Of a stretch of DNA of 44,323 nt, positions 41,221 through 44,323 are shown one piece after another. Source of the stretch: Candidatus Saccharimonadota bacterium (GTDB lineage Bacteria; Patescibacteriota; Saccharimonadia; Saccharimonadales; UBA10212); NCBI GenBank assembly GCA_025934715.1, contig JAICWR010000003.1, forward strand, positions 1 through 44,323, given 5' to 3'. Each line of letters begins with the position of its first letter. Position 1 is the stretch's first letter. The translations under genes and the position numbers were made by a program. Under the pieces are notes generated by a model. The model was not told the origin of the DNA. It searched no databases and worked only from the letters and a program-made list of their open reading frames with translations.

Positions 41221-41768
41221 GCTTTGGCCTCCACTTGCTTGGCTGGAGTCTTTTTGGGTTTGTTGCTGCTTGGTTTAATGACCCATTTTTTGGTTGGCTC
41301 CATGGTCTTGAGCGCTTGTAGGGTGGCGTAGGCCATATTCACGCGGTTGCTGGAACCCAGCGACTTACTCAGGGCATTCTCAATGCCGGCGACCTCTAAG
41401 ATGGTACGGATAACACCCCCGGCAATTAAACCGGTGCCGGGCGCCGCCGGCATAATAAGCACATTAGCTCCGCCGACTCTGCCTCTGACTTCGTGCGTCA
41501 GTGTCGAGTTATATAGCGAGATTGTTAAAAGGTTCTTTTTAGCGACATCGGTAGCTTTACTGACCGCGGCAGCGACATCAGCGCCTTTACTGATGCCGAC
41601 GCCGACCTTGCCTTTATGGTCCCCAGCGACGACCAACGCTTGGAAACGGAAACGACGGCCGCCTTTAACTACGCGGGCCACGCGGTTAACGTAAATCACC
41701 CGTTCGTCGTACTGCTTTTCTTCGGTATTCGAAGGGTCCCTATGACGCGGTCTTCTTGCTTGTGCCAT
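41217..41768 (-). CDS. rpsE: 30S ribosomal protein S5
   Basis: The start is set at MAQARRPRHRD (ATG at 41766-41768), right after the rplR stop. The core reads VIYVNRVARVVKGGRRFRFQALVVAGD...GTGLIAGG. Confidence 0.9.
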   Translation of the reverse strand: MAQARRPRHRDPSNTEEKQYDERVIYVNRVARVVKGGRRFRFQALVVAGDHKGKVGVGISKGADVAAAVSKATDVAKKNLLTISLYNSTLTHEVRGRVGGANVLIMPAAPGTGLIAGGVIRTILEVAGIENALSKSLGSSNRVNMAYATLQALKTMEPTKKWVIKPSSNKPKKTPAKQVEAKA

Positions 41769-41769
41769 A

Positions 41770-42123
41770 TTAAAACTCCAATCCTTCCTTGCGGGCGGCG
41801 TCTGCCAATGCTTTGATGCGGCCATGGTACTGGCGGGCGCCCCTGTCAAATGCTACTTTCTTGACTTTGGCCTTCTTGGCTTTGACGGCGATATCTTTGC
41901 CGACCGCCTCGGCTTTATCTGTCCGGCTGCCGCTTAAGCTCTTGCCGACAGTGGTGGCGTAAGCCAAAGTTTTGCCTTGGGAATCATCAACTATCTGCGC
42001 TGTTATGTGTAGGTTGCTGATGTGCACGCTCAGCCGGGGGCGCTTGGGTGTGCCCTGCACGACTGTCCGCACCCGGTGGGCCCGGCGGCTGGTGTTCTTT
42101 CTCTTAGATGCTAACCGGTCCAT
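41770..42123 (-). CDS. rplR: 50S ribosomal protein L18
   Basis: RRAHRVRTVVQGTPKRPRLSVHISNLHITAQIVDD...VAFDRGARQYHGRIKALADAARKEGLEF. Confidence 0.95.
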   Translation of the reverse strand: MDRLASKRKNTSRRAHRVRTVVQGTPKRPRLSVHISNLHITAQIVDDSQGKTLAYATTVGKSLSGSRTDKAEAVGKDIAVKAKKAKVKKVAFDRGARQYHGRIKALADAARKEGLEF

Positions 42124-42126
42124 ATG

Positions 42127-42663
42127 CTATTCCTTACCGCTTTTTCCGCTCTTGCGGATAATCCGCTCATCAGCGTACTTAATACCTTTGCCCTTATAAG
42201 GTTCGGGTTTCTTAAGCGACCGGATTTCGGCCGCGGCCTGCCCGACCTTTTGCTTGTCGATTCCGGACAGCGTTATAACGTTCTGCTCAATCGCCGCCTG
42301 CACCCCTTCGGGGACTTTATAGGTGACGTCATGCGAAAAACCAAGGTTGAACTTAAGATCAGCGCCCTGCTGCTGCACCCGGTAGCCAACGCCGTTGATC
42401 TCGAGTTTCTTTTCAAAGCCTTGGCTGACACCCGTCACCATGTTGTTGACCAGCGACCGCATCAAACCATGCTTAGAACGCGTGAAACGGTCTTCACTAG
42501 TGCGCTCAACAGTCACCGTGTCTTCATTCTGGTTAAGCCTGATGCCAGGCATCGTGAATTGGGTCAGGCTGCCTTTCGGACCATTGACGGTGATAACATC
42601 ATTGCCAGCTGTCACGGTGACCCCGCTGGGGACTGTGATGGGCATTTTTCCTACTCGGCTCAT
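42127..42663 (-). CDS. rplF: 50S ribosomal protein L6
   Basis: MSRVGKMPITVPSGVTV...INGVGYRV...EPYKGKGIKYADE. Confidence 0.95.
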   Translation of the reverse strand: MSRVGKMPITVPSGVTVTAGNDVITVNGPKGSLTQFTMPGIRLNQNEDTVTVERTSEDRFTRSKHGLMRSLVNNMVTGVSQGFEKKLEINGVGYRVQQQGADLKFNLGFSHDVTYKVPEGVQAAIEQNVITLSGIDKQKVGQAAAEIRSLKKPEPYKGKGIKYADERIIRKSGKSGKE

Positions 42664-42672
42664 AAAATACTC

Positions 42673-43083
42673 CTAATAGACCTCGCAAATTAATTCACCG
42701 CCCAAGCGCTGGCTGGCGGCCTGATGCCCGGTCATGATTCCGCGGGATGTGGAAATGACCACTATGCCGCGGCCGCTGCGCACTTTTGGAATGGCCGTGG
42801 CTTTGACATACATACGCCGGCCCGGGCGGCTCAGGCGGGAAATCGAGCTTATTTTAGCCGGCTCGTCTTCGTTATTAATCTTAATAACTAGCGTCTTTTT
42901 ACCGTTTTCGTCTTTAGCCTGGACGCCAGCTAAAAAACCACTGTCGACTAGGATTTTGGCGAGGGTTTCCTTATTTTTGGAATGCGGAAATGACACCTCT
43001 GTGTGATTCACGATTGCGGCGTTGCGGATACGGCTAAGCATATCGGCGATTGGATCGGTTGTGATGGCGGTTGCTCTACTCAT
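42673..43083 (-). CDS. rpsH: 30S ribosomal protein S8
   Basis: DPIADMLSRIRNAAIVNHTEV...PGRRMYV...GRGIVVISTSRGIMT. The ATG at 43081-43083 is preferred over the GTG two codons upstream. Confidence 0.9.
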   Translation of the reverse strand: MSRATAITTDPIADMLSRIRNAAIVNHTEVSFPHSKNKETLAKILVDSGFLAGVQAKDENGKKTLVIKINNEDEPAKISSISRLSRPGRRMYVKATAIPKVRSGRGIVVISTSRGIMTGHQAASQRLGGELICEVY

Positions 43084-43089
43084 ATTCAC

Positions 43090-43359
43090 CTACCAGCTAC
43101 TCTTAGTCACACCCGGAATTTCACCTTTGGAAGCATGCCTACGGAATGAGAGACGGCTAAGGCCGAAACGGCGCATATAAGCCCTGGGGCGGCCGGTCTC
43201 GAAATCCCTGTTGGTGTGACGGGTCGGGCTAGAGTTGCGGGGCAGTTTAGCCAAGCCTTCCCAGTCACCGGCGGCTTTAAGCTCAGCCCGTTTGGCGGCG
43301 TATCTGGCGATCATTTTATCGCGCTTGGCATCTCGTGCCAGAATCGATTTTTTGGCCAT
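43090..43359 (-). CDS. rpsN: 30S ribosomal protein S14 (long, non-zinc form)
   Basis: [28 protein letters not shown]...[21 protein letters not shown]. 89 aa with no CxxC pairs. Confidence 0.9.
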   Translation of the reverse strand: MAKKSILARDAKRDKMIARYAAKRAELKAAGDWEGLAKLPRNSSPTRHTNRDFETGRPRAYMRRFGLSRLSFRRHASKGEIPGVTKSSW

Positions 43360-43943
43360 CAGCTTCTCCTTTCGAACGGCATGCCAAGCTTTTCTAACAA
43401 AACTCTGGCCTGCTCGTGGTCCTTAGCTTTAATGTTGAATACGACCTGTAGGCCGTGGGGTGCGGCGGTGTCTTCGTAGCTCAGCTCGGGGAAGACTGAC
43501 TGGTCGGTTAGTCCGATGCTGTAGTTGCCCTGGTTATCAAACGAGCCGGCGGATACGCCGTGAAAGTCACGCAGCCGAGGCAAAATGATGTTTATGAACC
43601 GATCGGCAAATTCGTACATTCGCTGTCCCCGCAAGGTGACTTTGAGGCCGATTTTATTGCCCTCGCGCAGCTTGAAACTGGCTATAGACAACCGGGCGAC
43701 AGTTTCCACCGGCTGCTGGCCGGTGATTTTGCGCAGGGTGTTGGCTCCGACTTCCAGCAGCCGCTTTTCGTCCTTGGCCCTTCCCAATCCGATGTTGATG
43801 ACGATTTTCTCGAGCCGGGGGACCTCGCTGACATTTTTGAGGCCCAGCTCCTTCATCAACTCTTTGCTGTATGTGCTATTATACAACTTTTTGAGCCGGG
43901 CTTCATATTTGGCTGGCGGGGCGGCTGTTGATTTAGCCATCAC
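43359..43943 (-). CDS. rplE: 50S ribosomal protein L5
   Basis: [39 protein letters not shown]...[19 protein letters not shown]. Confidence 0.95.
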   Translation of the reverse strand: MMAKSTAAPPAKYEARLKKLYNSTYSKELMKELGLKNVSEVPRLEKIVINIGLGRAKDEKRLLEVGANTLRKITGQQPVETVARLSIASFKLREGNKIGLKVTLRGQRMYEFADRFINIILPRLRDFHGVSAGSFDNQGNYSIGLTDQSVFPELSYEDTAAPHGLQVVFNIKAKDHEQARVLLEKLGMPFERRS

Positions 43944-44293
43944 TTGACCTCCTTGCCAGACGACTTCAGGTATCGGACTTTATCGCCTTTGGCGTTTAAC
44001 TTCAAACCTATACGGGAGGGCTTTTTGGCGGCGCTGTCCAACAGGCCGACATTGCTCACCCAGATCGGCTTTGTCAGCTCAATGATGCCGCCTTGAGGCT
44101 GCTGCTGAGTGGGCTTGCGGTGGCGCTTCACGATATTGATACCCTCGACAGTCACTTTATTGAGCGCGGGGTGCAACTGGATAACTTTGCCGGTTTTACC
44201 CTTGTATTTGCCGGAGCGAACCATAACCAAATCGCCCTTTTTAAGGCGGATTTTGTACGGTTTGCGGCTGTTAACGTTAGATTTTGCGCTCAT
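43940..44293 (-). CDS. rplX: 50S ribosomal protein L24
   Basis: The KOW motif IRLKKGDLVMVRSGKYKGKTGKVIQL is present, and the gene lies between rplN and rplE. Confidence 0.9.
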   Translation of the reverse strand: MSAKSNVNSRKPYKIRLKKGDLVMVRSGKYKGKTGKVIQLHPALNKVTVEGINIVKRHRKPTQQQPQGGIIELTKPIWVSNVGLLDSAAKKPSRIGLKLNAKGDKVRYLKSSGKEVK

Positions 44294-44323
44294 TACAATA
44301 CCTCCGGGGCGAGGCTGATTATC
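44293..44323 (-). CDS. rplN: 3' end (partial) of 50S ribosomal protein L14
   Basis: The reverse strand reads ...ISLAPEVL followed by a TAA that overlaps the rplX ATG (TAATG). This matches the conserved L14 C-terminus and the canonical gene order. Confidence 0.6.
   Translation of the reverse strand, partial: IISLAPEVL

Noticed and set aside
41769-41849. N-terminally extended starts suggested by the ORF track for rpsE (41849), rplQ (35891), holB (32680), GH57 (25634), rplA (20973), rplK (21463), rpmG (29080), the DUF488 gene (51) and the second GT4 (4992).
   Set aside because: The extensions overlap the preceding gene or lack an SD. Internal ATGs coincide with canonical family N-termini, usually with GGAGG-type sites or tight stop/start coupling, so the trimmed coordinates are used instead.
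1-44323. CRISPR arrays, IS elements/transposases, integrases, prophage genes, rRNA genes and large direct repeats.
   Set aside because: Reading both strands revealed no periodic repeat-spacer structure, no DDE, tyrosine- or serine-recombinase-like ORFs, and no rRNA-like conserved stretches.

Overview
This is a 44.3-kb, very gene-dense bacterial chromosomal segment with many 1-4 nt gene overlaps. It uses the standard genetic code: TGA, TAA and TAG all act as stops. Most of it is information-processing genes. On the minus strand lies the distal part of the S10-spc-alpha ribosomal supercluster: rplN' (partial), rplX, rplE, rpsN, rpsH, rplF, rplR, rpsE, rplO, secY, a membrane ORF, infA, rpmJ, rpsM, rpsK, rpsD, rpoA and rplQ. 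This runs straight into rplM-rpsI-trpS-rluD-holB, a TPR protein gene and three tRNAs. Further on are rpmG, then secE-nusG-rplK-rplA, then rplJ-rplL, dnaX-dnaB, ybaB-recR, a DHH phosphoesterase gene and cysS. There are five tRNA genes: Gln-UUG, Trp-CCA, Thr-GGU, Tyr-GUA and Thr-UGU, all with encoded CCA ends. Accessory and metabolic content includes a YeaO-like DUF488 protein, an AlkA-like glycosylase and a PH-domain protein. It also includes an alpha/beta-hydrolase followed by two tandem GT4 glycosyltransferases and an AI-2E transporter. There is an alpha-glucan cluster (glycogen-synthase-like GT, GH57, GH15) and a P-loop kinase plus DUF45 metallopeptidase pair. A dcd plus tmk-fusion module and two AT-rich orphan genes complete the list. 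I saw no rRNA, CRISPR array, transposase or integrase. Three traits suggest a Patescibacteria/CPR (Saccharibacteria-like) genome, which is an inference: no rpmD (L30) between rpsE and rplO, no adk or map after secY, and Lys/Ala/Pro-rich tails on several ribosomal and Sec proteins. The observations I rank highest are these. (1) A 654-aa thymidylate kinase carries a ~440-aa C-terminal region that looks like two tandem, motif-degenerate ThyX-like repeats, next to dcd. (2) That nucleotide module plus an AT-rich orphan gene splits rplKA from rplJL. (3) A tightly coupled kinase/metallopeptidase pair and an inverted tRNA-Trp/alpha-glucan block interrupt the usual rpmG-secE adjacency. (4) An orphan membrane protein sits where adk and map normally are. 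(5) Several apparently leaderless promoters and a structured intergenic RNA candidate are present. All functional calls come from reading the translated ORFs against remembered family motifs. No searches were run.
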